Shown in pieces: positions 42,117 through 56,502 of a stretch of DNA of 64,000 bases. Location of the stretch: contig OZ024747.1 of the NCBI GenBank assembly GCA_964016885.1, positions 18,476,001 to 18,540,000 on the forward strand, given 5' to 3'. The notes below the pieces were generated by a model. It saw only the letters and a program-made list of their open reading frames with translations, did no database searches and was not told the DNA's origin. The first letter of the stretch is position 1, and the number at the start of each line of letters is the position of its first letter. The translations under genes and the position numbers were made by a program. Source of the stretch: Eledone cirrhosa. Taxonomy: Eukaryota.

Positions 42117-43433
42117 TGCGTGCGTGTGTGCGAGTGTATGCGTGTGTGTAAAACTAACGTCAGTCTGAAATCGAAAGTTATCATCACAGCAAACTGTCAG
42201 CAACAGGACTGAGGTAGTAGCAGAGAAGCACACACGGTAAAATCGCAGCCGCCACCAACCGTTAGTTTATACGTACATAGCCAATTACACACATCTCACA
42301 GACTCATACACATCTCATAGCTCTTGACAGCTACAATTATACACGAAATATTATAATTTGTATGAATAAAATAAAATAAAATTTCACATAACATAATATA
42401 ATATAATATAATATAATATAATATAATATAATATAATATAACAGTGTAATATGGTGTATCCTGGCACTATTTCTTTGACCGTCATAGATTCGGTTCTTGT
42501 TTTTTTCTTTTTGTGTATAATTTAAGTAGAAGAAAGGGCAAAACATTTCTCAACTGAGGGATCTCTGGAGAAAAGAGGGATACGTTGATGTGTTTGGAAA
42601 GAAAACGGAACAAACACAGGGTAACTGACACAAACTATAAACTTTCGTCCCCTTAATGTTTTTTTAAAAATATTTTTGTAAATTTATATTTATATTATTT
42701 ATTTTGGAGGGGTTTATGCTTAACTTTTATTTATTTTCTTGTACATTCTTTCTTTTTTGTTTCACTTTCTTTAAATTTATCGAATTTCTAAACGACACCC
42801 TAGCATTTACTTCATATTTCTTTCGTTGCATTTCACCTTTATAAGCAAAAAGTTTTCTTATCTACCTATCTCTCTATCTATCTATCTGCCAGTCTGTCTG
42901 CCCCTTCTCTCTCTGTACATAAGGGTATTGTTGGACTTACGATCATAATGTCGTGGGTTCGATTCCTGGGTTGCATGTCGTGTTCTTTAGCAAAACACTT
43001 CATTCCACGTTGCTCCAGTATACTCAGCTGAAAATGAGTACCAGCAATAGCTGGAGGGTTTAACCCTGTGATGGACTGGCGTCCTGTCCAGGGGGGAGTC
43101 TTGTACACTCAGTCGCTTCATTCCATGAAACCTTGATAAGCGCCGGCCAAAGGAGGCTTCTGACTTAAGACAGACTTCAGACTTTCGACACACACACATA
43201 TTTATCTCTACGATATACAGTGGTAGAACCTCCTACTTTACATTCTCTCCTCCTTCACACACATCATGTTCCACTCCCATTCAGTGATTCTCTCACTCAT
43301 TCCCGCTCTTATCTATTCGCTCACCTTTTCGATCAAAGAACTTTTTATGATACATATTTAGTTTCGAGAGATAGATACTCTCTTCTTGTTCTCGTTGGAG
43401 ATTAATTTTTTTTTTTCTAAGCATTTGGACACA

Positions 43434-43615
43434 ATGGATACCGTTCGAAATATTACTACCACTGCCTGGATGTTGTTTTTTACGGCGCTGCTTTTAATAG
43501 CAGACTTAACTAAATCTTTTAATGTAGAAGTGAAGAATTATGTTGTCCACGAAGGTGTTAATGGGAGCATGTTCGGTTATTCTGTAGCAGTGCATATTGA
43601 ACAGGCAAGAAGCTG
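43434..43615 (+). CDS. Integrin alpha subunit, first coding exon (signal peptide plus start of beta-propeller)
   Basis: MDTVRNITTTAWMLFFTALLLIADLTKS-FNVEVKNYVVHEGVNGSMFGYSVAVHIEQARS(W): hydrophobic signal peptide, FNx(D/E) mature N-terminus and FG-GAP motif SMFGYSV. Phase-2 donor TG|GTAAGT at 43616. Candidate upstream acceptor tttttttctaAG at 43421. No downstream exon recognised. Confidence 0.88.
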
Positions 43616-43818
43616 GTAAGTTCTTGCAAGAGACTTTTTTTAATAATTTTTTTTTTTATAAATGTATATATATGTATATATAGATGATTTGTAAAGAATG
43701 AAACAGTTCTAGTCCTGTAGAATCTCATCTATATTAAAACTTTTATACTCTGCAATGTATTGAGTACCTTACTTACTGTGGTTACCTCAGACTCAACCCG
43801 GAATAACGTATATACATA

Positions 43819-43852
<34 letters not shown>

Positions 43853-43879
43853 TGTATGTATGTAGTATGTATGTATGTA

Positions 43880-44182
43880 TAAAATAAGTAAGTCAAATAT
43901 GTAAAATTTGGCTTCGTTTATTATAAATTATAAATTTACTGCTATACATATTTCGGTGACAGCCATCATTGGCTGTGACCTCTTCAGGCAGTCCGAATTG
44001 GTGTGGAAAAGACAGGTATACATGTGTACCTGTCTTTGTATACATGTATACCTGTCTTTTCCACACCAATTCGAACTGCCTGAAGAGGTCACAGCCAATG
44101 ATGGCTGTCACCGAAATTTATATAGAAGTAAATTTATAATTTATAATAAACGAAGCCAGATTTTACATATTTGACTTACTTA

Positions 44183-44187
<5 letters not shown>
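43880..44187. mobile_element. Fold-back HHR element, family B relative, in the integrin intron
   Basis: Arms about 43880-44025 and 44042-44187. HHRs at 43938-43992 (-) and 44075-44129 (+), stem II ggtcacagcca atga tggctgtcacc. Confidence 0.88.
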
Positions 44188-44248
<61 letters not shown>

Positions 44249-44465
44249 AGTGATGACATTGAAATATACATACATGCATACTTTTTTTTTATTAGTTTCA
44301 GTCATGTGACTGCGCCCATATGCTGGGGTACCACCTGGGAAGGGATTTAATCGACATACCGACCCTCGTATTTACTTTTTCAAGTTTCTTATATATTTTA
44401 TCGATCTTTTTTTATCGGGACATAAAAAGACACAAACTTAAACACGGACGCCGCATAAATACACT

Positions 44466-44515
<50 letters not shown>

Positions 44516-45634
44516 TAAATATATATATATAATGTCTATATAAGGTATATACACTTTAACCATATACTAGTTTTACAGAATCGAAACGGAATTCTATAAA
44601 ACAAGTATATGAATATGATAAATCACACAACTTAACCTCCAAAGAATTAAGTACTGTATTTCCATAAAATAAGTCTAAAAAATCTATCATGCGTCCTGGA
44701 GGTCGAAGGTTGTTTATTATTTTTTTCAAATTTTTGGTTGTCAAAATACTTAAATACACAGTTGTTGCATCGGGCAGAGGGTGCGTCCTCGAGGACGAAG
44801 TGTCTTCAGTGCCAGGAAATACGGTAATTTCATTGGAAAGAGCTGTTCTAACGGACAAAACAACAACTACATTTGTGTCTCTGCTTATCTGCCATAAGTT
44901 AGTGGTTCGACAAAAAAAAAAAAAAAAAAAAAAAAAATCGATAAAATGAGTATCTCACTTCAAAAAAAAAAAAAATGTACTAGGATTGTTATGATCGCCT
45001 TGATCAAGCCGGCACCCCAGCATGGCCGCTGTGTTCTGAGTACAAGAATTAATATATATGTATGTGTATATAATTGCTTCTACTTTTGGCACAAGGCCAG
45101 CAATTATCCCAGTGTATTACTGGTACTTTATTTTATCGACCCCGTAAGGATGAAAGGCAAAGTTAACCTCGGCGGGATTTGAACTCAGACCATAAAGGAC
45201 CGTAACTCTTTGCTGCAAAGCATGGTGTACGACCCTCTACCGATACTGCCAGACCACAATGAAAGGAAAGGAGTCCATCGTTAGACCGGATCAAGGAACT
45301 AATGATTCCATTGGTTTTTCTAATGAAGATGCTATCTGCTGCATGCAACAACTGTGTAATTAAGTATTTTGCATAAGAACACAAGGCGCTATCTCGTTCT
45401 GGAATCGAACACTCGACCTTACGATTGTGTGTGAATATATATATTGCATGTTTGTCTATATATTCATACATTTGTATAAATATTTCTATGTATGTGTGGC
45501 CACACACATACATATTTGTATGTATATTTGTGCCAATGTGTATGCATGTATATATATATATATATACATACATACACATTGGCACAAATATATATTATGG
45601 AATACTGTTGGCTTCTTGCTACAATACTTTCATT

Positions 45635-45674
<40 letters not shown>

Positions 45675-45766
45675 CATACACACACACATACATAGATACA
45701 TACATTTATCTAAATATTTGTACGTATAAACACACGCACACATATATACATATGTATGTATGCACA

Positions 45767-45812
<46 letters not shown>

Positions 45813-45888
45813 CACACAGGTGTGTGCATTGAAAACGTCCATGTAACGAGCAAACTTTGGATATAAATATACAGGTATTCACAGACAC

Positions 45889-45933
<45 letters not shown>

Positions 45934-46023
45934 CGTGAATGCTTACGCATATGTACACGAAATTGTGCATTTAGATCGTGTTTTGTGTATAAGTCAATAG
46001 GAACATAAACACATCCGCACTGA

Positions 46024-46065
<42 letters not shown>

Positions 46066-46095
46066 AACTTGAATATATATATATATATATAAACC

Positions 46096-46142
<47 letters not shown>

Positions 46143-46250
46143 ACCTGAATATATATATATATATATATATATAAACCTGAATATATATAGCATATATATA
46201 TATATATATATATAAACCTGAATATATATATATATATATATATATAAACC

Positions 46251-46314
<64 letters not shown>

Positions 46315-46342
46315 TGAATATATATATATATATATATATATA

Positions 46343-46529
46343 TAGGAACAAGTAAGACCCCGACGGCTGAGCTCAAGCCGTTTCGACGGCTAATTCTGGA
46401 CTGAATTAGCCGTCGAAACGGCTTGAGCTCAGCCGTCGGGGTCTTGTTCCTATTACCCACTCTACTACCCTAAGTTTTGAGTACTTTGGTGCGTTATGGT
46501 CCACCTGGTTCCTTACTACATTTCCTTCG

Positions 46530-46532
<3 letters not shown>
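46343..46532 (+). mobile_element. Fold-back element family C with HHR 3' half
   Basis: Palindrome centred at 46397-46402, then GAAA-cggct tgagctc agccg-TC-ggggtc and a unique tail. Copies at 40262-40433, 54773-54972, 4485-4586 and 35387-35440. Confidence 0.85.
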
Positions 46533-46610
<78 letters not shown>

Positions 46611-47071
46611 GTGTGTGTGTGTTTATATATAACTATATACATTTGTTTGTAGGTGCCACTGTCCATTACGTGTAACTAGTAAAAGAAAAGCCAATATGTA
46701 TATATATACCAACAGACATTCACTTAAGATTCTTAGCTGTGTATAGAATTTAATGTTCAAATATATGTATATATATATGTTCGCATATACATTCAGACGC
46801 GTATATCAAGCGTTAACCTAATATATCCCTTCCATATACTGTACCGACTGTGTTGTTATTTCTGTTTAACTTTTACACACACACACACACACACACCACA
46901 CCACACCACACACACACACCACACCACACACACACACAGTTGAATAAATGGGCAGAGAACAAAAAACAGAGAGGCAGTACAAATGGTATGGTTTTTAGTT
47001 TCACGCTTGAGAGTGTGGTGTGGATATATATGTGTGTGTGTGTGTGTATACATTTGTATATATATATGTGT

Positions 47072-47117
<46 letters not shown>

Positions 47118-47220
47118 GTATGTATATGCATATATATGTATGGATATATATACATATATGTATCTGTATATATTTGTATATATAAGTATATGCATATATA
47201 TTTATGTATATGCATACATA

Positions 47221-47272
<52 letters not shown>

Positions 47273-48002
47273 AGTGTGTTTATATATCTATATGTATATA
47301 TGCATACATATAGACGTATACATGTGTCAAACTCTTTCTTTTCCTGGTGGCAAGCTGTATCGGCCTTTACCTTTCCTTGGACGACATCATTATATAGTCT
47401 CTCGCCGAGGTTAATTTTGCCTTTCATCCTTACGGGGTCGATAAAGTAAAGTACCAGTAATACACTGGGTTATTGCTGGCCTTGTGTCAAACGTAGAAAC
47501 AATTATATAGTCTGTATATAGTGTATAGATAAGTGAAACCGCAGTGGTGCCAACGCGTATCAATCTTAGGCTTTCTCTTGGACAACATCGTTGGCGTGAA
47601 AGGAGGAGATTAACATGTATGGGGGGACTGTTTGTCTTCCACAAAGTACCATGCCCTGGGTTGCACACGGGAGAGGAACTTTCCAGGTGCAAACTTGTGG
47701 TTAGTCATGCTCGAAAGGGGCCTATACTATACTACACTCACACATACACACACACGCAAGCTCACTCATTTACTCTCTCTCTCTCTCCATACACATATAT
47801 AATAGCATATATATAACTTTCATCGAGTCCTCTGGGTATGACATTAAACTACATCCCGTGGCAAGGCTCCAGTTCGGGAGTTCAGGAGCTGTGGGGAATG
47901 TGGAGTTACCCCTTAGTTGTCATAACTCCCAGGTCTGCTCTGGCCCGGAGTAGTAGTACCTGTTAGGGCCCCATTTATGGGTTAAATAATTACCTTATTC
48001 AA

Positions 48003-48245
48003 GTGGCACCGGTAAGGTATTATCAACCACTGAAAAGAACCATGGAGAGTCGATTTAATAGCACTAGGGTTAGAGCCCCTAACTACACTGTCAAGGAGCA
48101 GTCTGGTCGTTATGACTCTGCTGGCTTAGAGCCACAGGGAGGGCCAGTGGATGGTGGATCAGCTGTCTCTGAGACAAATATAAAGAATTCAGTTTTGTCC
48201 CGCAGAAGAGCCATCAAAATGGGCACTCTGAATGTGAGGACTAAT
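48003..48245 (+). mobile_element. LINE 5' fragment (AP endonuclease N-terminus)
   Basis: The ORF contains AIKMGTLNVRT, matching the first APE motif. Confidence 0.5.
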
Positions 48246-48733
48246 AAGCCAAAAAACGGAGAGATGATCCAGATAGGCCAGTTGAAATCACCTTACGATT
48301 TTGAGGGGACCTCCAACTCTCAAGTTCTAGTTATCTTATAATCTGTTCTGTTACTAATAAGTAAATTGTTTAAACTACATGTATAAACTTATAACCTCTA
48401 CATAAACCACATAGATGTATCATTTAATAGCTAAATACTGAATCGGACCACTTTGTATCGGATCTTTTGTACATACGGGGTGTTCCCACCAAAATGTATA
48501 CAAACTTTGATTACCTGTACAGGTAATATTTATTAGAATGCTGTTAAAGTGTGTATACATTTTTTTTGTTTGTTTTGGGAGACCCTTTATTTCATTCTCA
48601 CTTGAGGTGCTTTTGTTTACATTTACTATTACATATTAATCCTTAATAAATTAAAACAGAAACACAGCGCTTTAAAGTTTCAGAAAGTGAAACAAATCAA
48701 AGCATTCAAAAGCCAACAAAATATGCATTTATA

Positions 48734-48906
48734 TACCGTATTTCCAGGCGTCGAAGACGCTACTATTTTTCCTAAAATAAGTCTCAAAAATCTACCATGC
48801 ATCCTGGAGGCCGAAGGTTGTTTATTATTATTTTTTTAAATTTTGGTTCTCAAAATTAGGGTGCGTCCTCGACGACGAAGCGTCTTCGGTGCCGGGAAAT
48901 ACAGTA
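48734..48906. mobile_element. pogo/Tigger-like MITE
   Basis: TA-CCGTATTTCCAGGCGTCGAAGACGC ... GCGTCTTCGGTGCCGGGAAATACAG-TA. Related copy at 44652-44826. Confidence 0.75.
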
Positions 48907-48949
48907 CTTTAAATGTAAACAAAAGAGGTCTGTGATTGTAAATCACCTG

Positions 48950-49270
48950 CTCTCGGATCCCAAATAATAGGGAGGGGGTTGGAATAAGCGGGGTTAGGGG
49001 TGGAAAATTGGTAATTTTATTAGGTTGTCCGTTTTATTATTTTTAAAGACCAGAATCTGTCGTTTGGTTTACATATTGAGACCCCAACCTATTCTATTTA
49101 TTTTATATACGTATGGGATTTCTAGTAATGTAGAAAATTAATTGTCTCAGGAATGCTACTACTTAAAATAAAATTTCGTCGGAGATTGATTAGCAAAATT
49201 TAATAAGCGGAGCGGGGTAGGTCTGAAAAATTAACAAGCGAAGAATGGGGATTATTCGAGACCCGAGAGT
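48950..49270. mobile_element. TIR MITE
   Basis: ctctcggatcccaaataat ... attattcgagacccgagag. Reverse-orientation relative at about 13755-14025. Confidence 0.65.
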
Positions 49271-49282
49271 CACCATAATCAG

Positions 49283-49357
<75 letters not shown>

Positions 49358-50185
49358 GAATTTTGAGTAAAAAAAGTTTGGTACTTATTTTATCGATTTT
49401 TGTTGTTGACCCCCCCCCCCCCCCTTCTCACACACACACACACGATGTGCTTCCGTCTACCAAATTTCTTTCACAAGACATATCAACTCGAACCTATAGT
49501 ACAAGACAGTGGTGCCGCGCATTGGGAGTAAAACCGAAACCACGTAGCTGCAAATCGAACACCTTAACCATAGATCCAATTTCTTTACATTCTGAGTTCT
49601 CAGGGACTACTTTGCTTTCATCTTTTCGTGAGTGGGGAGGGAGGGGGGGGATTCAATATAATAGAGTTACATAATTTAACGTTTGATTCAAAATGGAAAA
49701 GAATCGCTGAACCGATTTTACGAGCAAAACCAACCGGCAGGAGACCCAGGAGGTAGAACCCGAGCAAGTTGGTTGGAAAACATCCATGACCTCGGCTGGT
49801 CACGCTTGGAGATCCAGCCGGATCTGTTGGAGACTGTTGCTTCTGACAGGACCCCCCCCCCCCCCGGAAGGAGTGTTTGAGGACTCTGACCCCACGATCC
49901 TCTCATAAATAAGTGGGTGATGAAGAAGAAGATCCAAAATGGTTATTTACAAATATTAGAAGTGAGAGAAGAAGAGAGAAAATAAAAAGAACGACAGCAG
50001 CAATGAGAGAATGAGAGAATGAAAGGAAGATTTAAAAGTACAGAGAATTCTGAGTGTGAAAACAAACAAATAAACAAACAAACAAACAAAAAAAAACGAA
50101 CGCCAACAAAATGGAATTTGTTTGTAAATAGATACGTTTGTGTGTGTATATGTTTGAGTTGTTTTCAGTTGAATATATCCACTTA

Positions 50186-50303
<118 letters not shown>

Positions 50304-50704
50304 CTATTGTTATAGTGAGATGGGTGGTGGTATGGCTGGTGTAATATGTACATGAAGTGTAGAAGTGTGTAGGTATGTGTGTTATTATTTTTTACGTGGG
50401 AAGGGCGGGGAATTGGCAGTATCGGTAGTGAGTCGAGCACCATGCTTTGCAGCATAGAGTTATGGTCCTTTACGATCTGAGTTCGAATCCCGCCGAGGTT
50501 AACTTTGCCTTTCATCCTTACGGGGTCGATAAAATAAAGTACCAGTCACGCACTGGGGTCAATTTAATCGACTTCCCCTTCCCCCAAATTACTGGCCTTG
50601 TGCCTAGATAAGAAACCATTATTTTTTACGTGGGAGGAGGAGAGAGTAGGGGTGTGAGTATGAATGTGGTATAGTGGGGAAGGGGGAGGCTTCTAGGGTG
50701 TATT

Positions 50705-51136
50705 ATAGTGCGATGGACTATGCAGTATATATATGGTTATAAATATGGTTATAGTATAGTGTGGTGGACTATACAGTATATATATGGATATAGTATAGTG
50801 TGGTGGACTATACAGTATATATATATGGGTATAGTATAGTGTGGTGAACTATACAGTATATATATGGGTATAGTATAGTGTGGTGGACTATACAGTATAT
50901 ATATGGGTATAGTATAGTGTGGTGGACTATACAGTATATATATATGGGTATAGTATAGTGTGGTGGACTATACAGTATATATATGGGTATAGTATAGTGT
51001 GGTGGACTATACAGTATATATATGGGTATAGTATAGTGTGTGTATGTAATGGTATTGTAGGGTGTATTATAGTGCGATGGACTATACAGTATATATATGG
51101 GTATAGTATAGTGTGGTGGACTATACAGTATATATA
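50705..51136. repeat. About 38-40-bp minisatellite
   Basis: Unit gtatagtatagtgtggtggactatacagtatatatatgg. Confidence 0.9.
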
Positions 51137-52858
51137 TGGAGGGGGGTGGACTAATCCCCTGGTACCCCCCTGAAACAAGGCCCTTGTATATATGGTATAG
51201 TGTGTGTAATGGTGTAGTGGGGATGTTTATAGGGTGTATCATAGTGTGGTGGACTGTAGAAGATATATGTGTGTATGGTGAGGGGTTCGAGTGTATATTC
51301 GTGTGTGTGATGTAGTATAGAGCTTTCTTTCTGCTGTAGTATGTGTGTAACGCGGGATTTGTAGGCTTTATTGTTGTTGTTTAACTCCGGTCAGCACTGA
51401 TCGAGCTGACCTATGGTCAAAGAGACATTCCTGTCTTTTCCCTCTGTACATGAAACCAAGAGCTACGTTAACCAACACATATTATTTTGGTGGATTGGCA
51501 GTATCGGTAGAGGGTCGGGCGCTATGATTTGCAACATAGAGTTACGGCTCTTTACGGTCTTTTGAAATTAGGCGTGCCATTCAGAAAGCCAAATGGGTTG
51601 CAGGTTAACTATGTCTGGTGTAGTGTGGTATGGTGTTTTTAGTGTATATATGTTCACTCATAGGCGGCAAATTGGCAGAATCGTTAAGACGTCGGATAGA
51701 ATGCTTTACGGTGTTCGTCCCACCTAATGGCGCGCTCTGAGTTCAAATCCCACGCTAGTCTACTTTGCCTTTAATCCTTTCGAGGTCGATAAAAAAAAGT
51801 ACCAATCCAGTACTGGGGTCGATTCTTCCCCTATAGAAAAAATCGACTGTGTTCAGATCTGGAGAGGGTTGGGCTCCGTCAGGTTTAAAAGTACCCAAGA
51901 CACGCCATATGACAGTGCCTCTATGACTCCACAAGGAGTTATGGGATCTTTATCCTTTATGTTCACCCTATGTCATGGATTCTTAACTCCTAGTGAAGTC
52001 GTAGGGGTACAATTTACAGACATGTGTGTATGTACTTGTAAGTATGTATATGTGTACATAAGTCTGCATATGTGGTCCAATGAATATAGAATCGTGATGT
52101 GTGTAGGGCGTCTGCCGGCCTTAAGTATTGTGTAATATATGCTGTGATGTATGTACGATATTGTTGATATTTATCCCTTGATCAGTTCTGATCAAACAGA
52201 TCTATAGTCAAAGTCGTTCCAACCACGACCTTACCGTCTTTCAAATTCGCCGTTCCTTTAAGACAATTAGATAAGATAGGGAGAAAATTTACCTACTATT
52301 ACTAGCACGTTGAGGGACCACATAGGTTCTGTCACAGAGGCTTCTTAGTTGCTCTATAAATGTATGGATAGATGTATACTAGTGGTATGTGTGTGTATAT
52401 ACGGCATCTATAAATGTGTAAAGTGTAAACGTATGTGCTTTGATCTATATGTGGTATGCAGTGTGATTGTACGTGAATGTATGTGATTTGGCACTATATT
52501 CATACATTATTAACATGTTTGTTTTATGACTTTTAAACACTTAACATTCTATATTGAATTGAGGTAGGTGTTTGACTAGAGTTCACTGTCTTATTGCTGA
52601 CAGACTGACAGACTGACTGTCTGACTGTTTGACTGGCTAACCTCTACCCCAGCCACTCTCCTGTGGTGAAGCAGTTCCTTTCTGAATTATATGGTATCGG
52701 CTTCGATCTCCAATATATCGTGGCATCTTAGGTAAACCTTTTATCATAGGGTTCAAGTTGACTCAAGTTTTGTGAGCCGAATTGGATAGATAAAAGCCTG
52801 TCAGGTGGACGGTGCCTGAATTCAAAGGTGCTGACTGGTCTCTCTCGATCTCTCTTTT

Positions 52859-52919
<61 letters not shown>

Positions 52920-54719
52920 GTCTCATCCACACACACACATCTACACCCTTACACACACATACACACACCCACACCCACACCCACTACCACACACCTACAC
53001 ACTTACTCACACACTCACTCACACACACACACAGTGTCATGTCGAATCTCCCCGAGAACTATGATAAAAAGAACACGTGTCTGTGGTATACAACAGTCAC
53101 TTGACACGTTAATTCAATGAGTGGGTCATTAACTTGATTGAACAGCTGGACTCAACTGTAGTGATGCCGCAATGGCAACAGAAATAGAACATTGGACTAA
53201 AATACTCTAGATGTTTTAGTCACATATTTTTATCTTTTCCCCGTGTTGAGGAAGGGACACATTAGCCGATGTAGTCCTAGAATGATGTTCTTACATTGGC
53301 ATGACATTCGCCATCTTGTCCGTGAGACGCAGCTGAGATATATCACCTAGACAGGGGTATAGAGTCTGCCTTTTCCATTCTCCTTTCTCCAAATTTTTAT
53401 TATTTAATTTCTTTTTTTTTCTGTTCATTATCTGAAATATTTATGTAAATAAAATTTCAATAAAAAAAACTTAGCAGAGTAGGAGAGGTAGTGTACTTAG
53501 TTATAATGGTTTAGCCTTGATGCAGCAGAGAAATCTTTCTAATATTGGCACAAGGCCAGCAGTTTGGGGAAACGGGAAACTCACTTATATCAAACTGCAA
53601 CTCAAATAGTATTTTATTTTATCGACCCCGGAAAGATGAAAGGTAAAGTTGGCCTCGGTAGTATTTGAACTCAGAACGTAGAAAATTATAACCTCGCCCG
53701 ACCTTCTACCGATACTGCCAATCCATCCCACTATTGTAGACTTAGGTTATCTCCCCTCTCACCGAAATGTTCCAGGATTGGCGTATTTTGGATTTTATTG
53801 TTCAATGAATTCTTCTTTTAGATGATAGGGATTTAGGGGGGATAAATGATGGTTCTCGGTCGATTTAGACGATGAGAAGCCACTTGCCCACTAATTTCAT
53901 GAGCAGGCTGTTCCGTTGATCGTATCAACTGGGACCCTCATCGTCGTAACCGACGGAGTACCATAGACATGTATATATATATATATATATTAGCTGTTAT
54001 TTATTTTCGGTTACATATTAATCATGAAGGAGGGGAAGTACCAATAGTTCTTCCAGGCTCTCGAACACAGGCAGGGTTGCTGCATATAATGAACGCGTAG
54101 GTAGAGAACTATTTCCAGAATATTGTAGTTTGGTGGAAATCCTGATTGAATAAAGCTTTTAGTCGGGTGGGGTTCGGTGGGATGGGTGTGTTGGGTTGGT
54201 TGGGTGGTGTGGGGTTGGGTGGGATGGGATGGGATGAGGCTTAGGGATGAGACCATGTGGGCGAAAGAAAGAGAGAAATGTTGAAGGAATTAGGCTTCTG
54301 TTGAGGTAAAGCAATGGAAAGTGGAAACAAAATATATATGTTAGTGGTCGGTTGGAGAGAAAAAAGTTTTGCGATTCAGACCGACTGTGTATATCTAGAA
54401 CGTGTGTGTGTGTGTGTGTAACAGCTGTTTGGCCTTGAAGAGATTCAGTTCTGGCTATAGATGTGTGCTTACCACGAGAAACCTAACACAAAATAATTCC
54501 GTGAAACTCTCATATCTGGACATAATATACATAATACATCCGAGGGTAGGTTGATTATGAAGGCGTGATGCTCGAGCTGTGAAATCTAGAATGTATTAAT
54601 TCAACTCTTGTTATTAATAATTGCATTGTTTCTTTCCAAATAAACCTCATTTGGTCATTCTATGAGAGTATCTTGGTCAGCCTATGAACTTTTCAGTCGA
54701 CCCACGTACATACACACAC

Positions 54720-54776
<57 letters not shown>

Positions 54777-56502
54777 AAAATGTTCAAGACCCCGACGGCA
54801 GAGCTCAAGCCGTTTCGACGGCTATTTCTGGATCCAGAAAAATCCGTCGAAATGGCTTGAGCTCTGCCGTCGAGGTCTTGAACATTTTCCTATTACCCAC
54901 TCTACTACCCTAAGTATTGAGTACTTTGGTGCGTTATGGTCCACCTGGTTCCTTACCACATTTCCTTCGTTAATTAGGATTTAGCTTCATGCATAGCTGT
55001 ATACAGATATGTATTGAATTTTCGTATTTCTAAAGAAATACGTTATGTTTTTGGATAAACATTTAGAAAGCCGTAACTATGCAAAACACTGGTGCTATCG
55101 CCCTCTGGTGGTGTCCAGCAGAAGCAAGGGGGATAACGGTCAATGCATTTCGAACTTCACTGGTTCTCATCAGCGACTGCATACAAATATAAATGCATTT
55201 TGACGTACATATACGCATACACATAACTGTATGCATAGACACACATATACATACATACATATGCATACATTGATGAGGAGTTTTCAGATCTGGCGCTCAA
55301 GATATACGTTAAGCTTCATACCTGTTATTATTGGAGCTACAGGACATGTACGGACCCATCGGGACCAAAGTATGACTGAACTTGGATTCTTGAAGAAAGA
55401 ACACAGCTCATTCATAACTTACAAATGACCAGGATACCTGGAACCTTCACAATCTGGAAACATTCTTAGGATTTGAAGGATGAATGATTGCATAAGGGTC
55501 GATGAAAATTTCCTTTTCTTTACAGCTTTGCCCCCTGGAAGTTGGCCAGTCAAAAATTAACTCAAAATTGGGAGGTGCATACAGGCACGCACACACACAC
55601 ACGGGCACACACGGGCACATACAGGCACATACACACACAAGCACCCCCGCCCCACACACACACCCACATACACAAACATATACAAACACACAGATGCACA
55701 CATACATTCAGACGCACCCCCTACCGTACATACATACGTAAATACATACACACATACGTAAATACATACATAAATACATACATACATAAATACATACACA
55801 CACACATACATACATACATACATACATACATACATACATACACATGCATGCATGCAGACATGCATACATATCTACCTAGTTGATGTTGTGTAAATTCCAA
55901 TGAGAGAGTTTTGTAACTATGTTAGAAACCGACTCTCTCTCTCTATTGGCAAACATTGGCGAAATTATAAAACCAGAAGAACATATACATAAGTACATAC
56001 ATACATACACACATACATACATACATACATACATACATACACAGATGGTGGCTGCCAACTCGTTTTCGAGTACGGCCACTACTTTATATCCATGTAGGAG
56101 AACCCCTACCTATGCGCTGAACAAGTGTGACTTTTTAGTCCAGCCAACGACTTGAAAACTCTGGTACAAACACTACACTTGTGACAATTATTGACACATA
56201 GCGCTGGGCCCATGGTACCATGTGATGACAAGTGCAGAGAGATCTCCAAATATAAAGCAATGCCTGTGCCATGAAGCTTTTATAGTGAGCAAAGGCACTG
56301 CACAAAGCCAGTCCCACTCTCTTAACCAAGATGATATTTACCAAAAAGAAGAACAAGTCAACATCATTGGATACCATCAAGATTGCAGGTGTTATATCAG
56401 AGTTTTCCTTCTAGAATTCTGCCTTGACAAAGGCTAAGGGGTCATACACACATACACACATACATACATACATACATACATACATACATACATACATACA
56501 TA

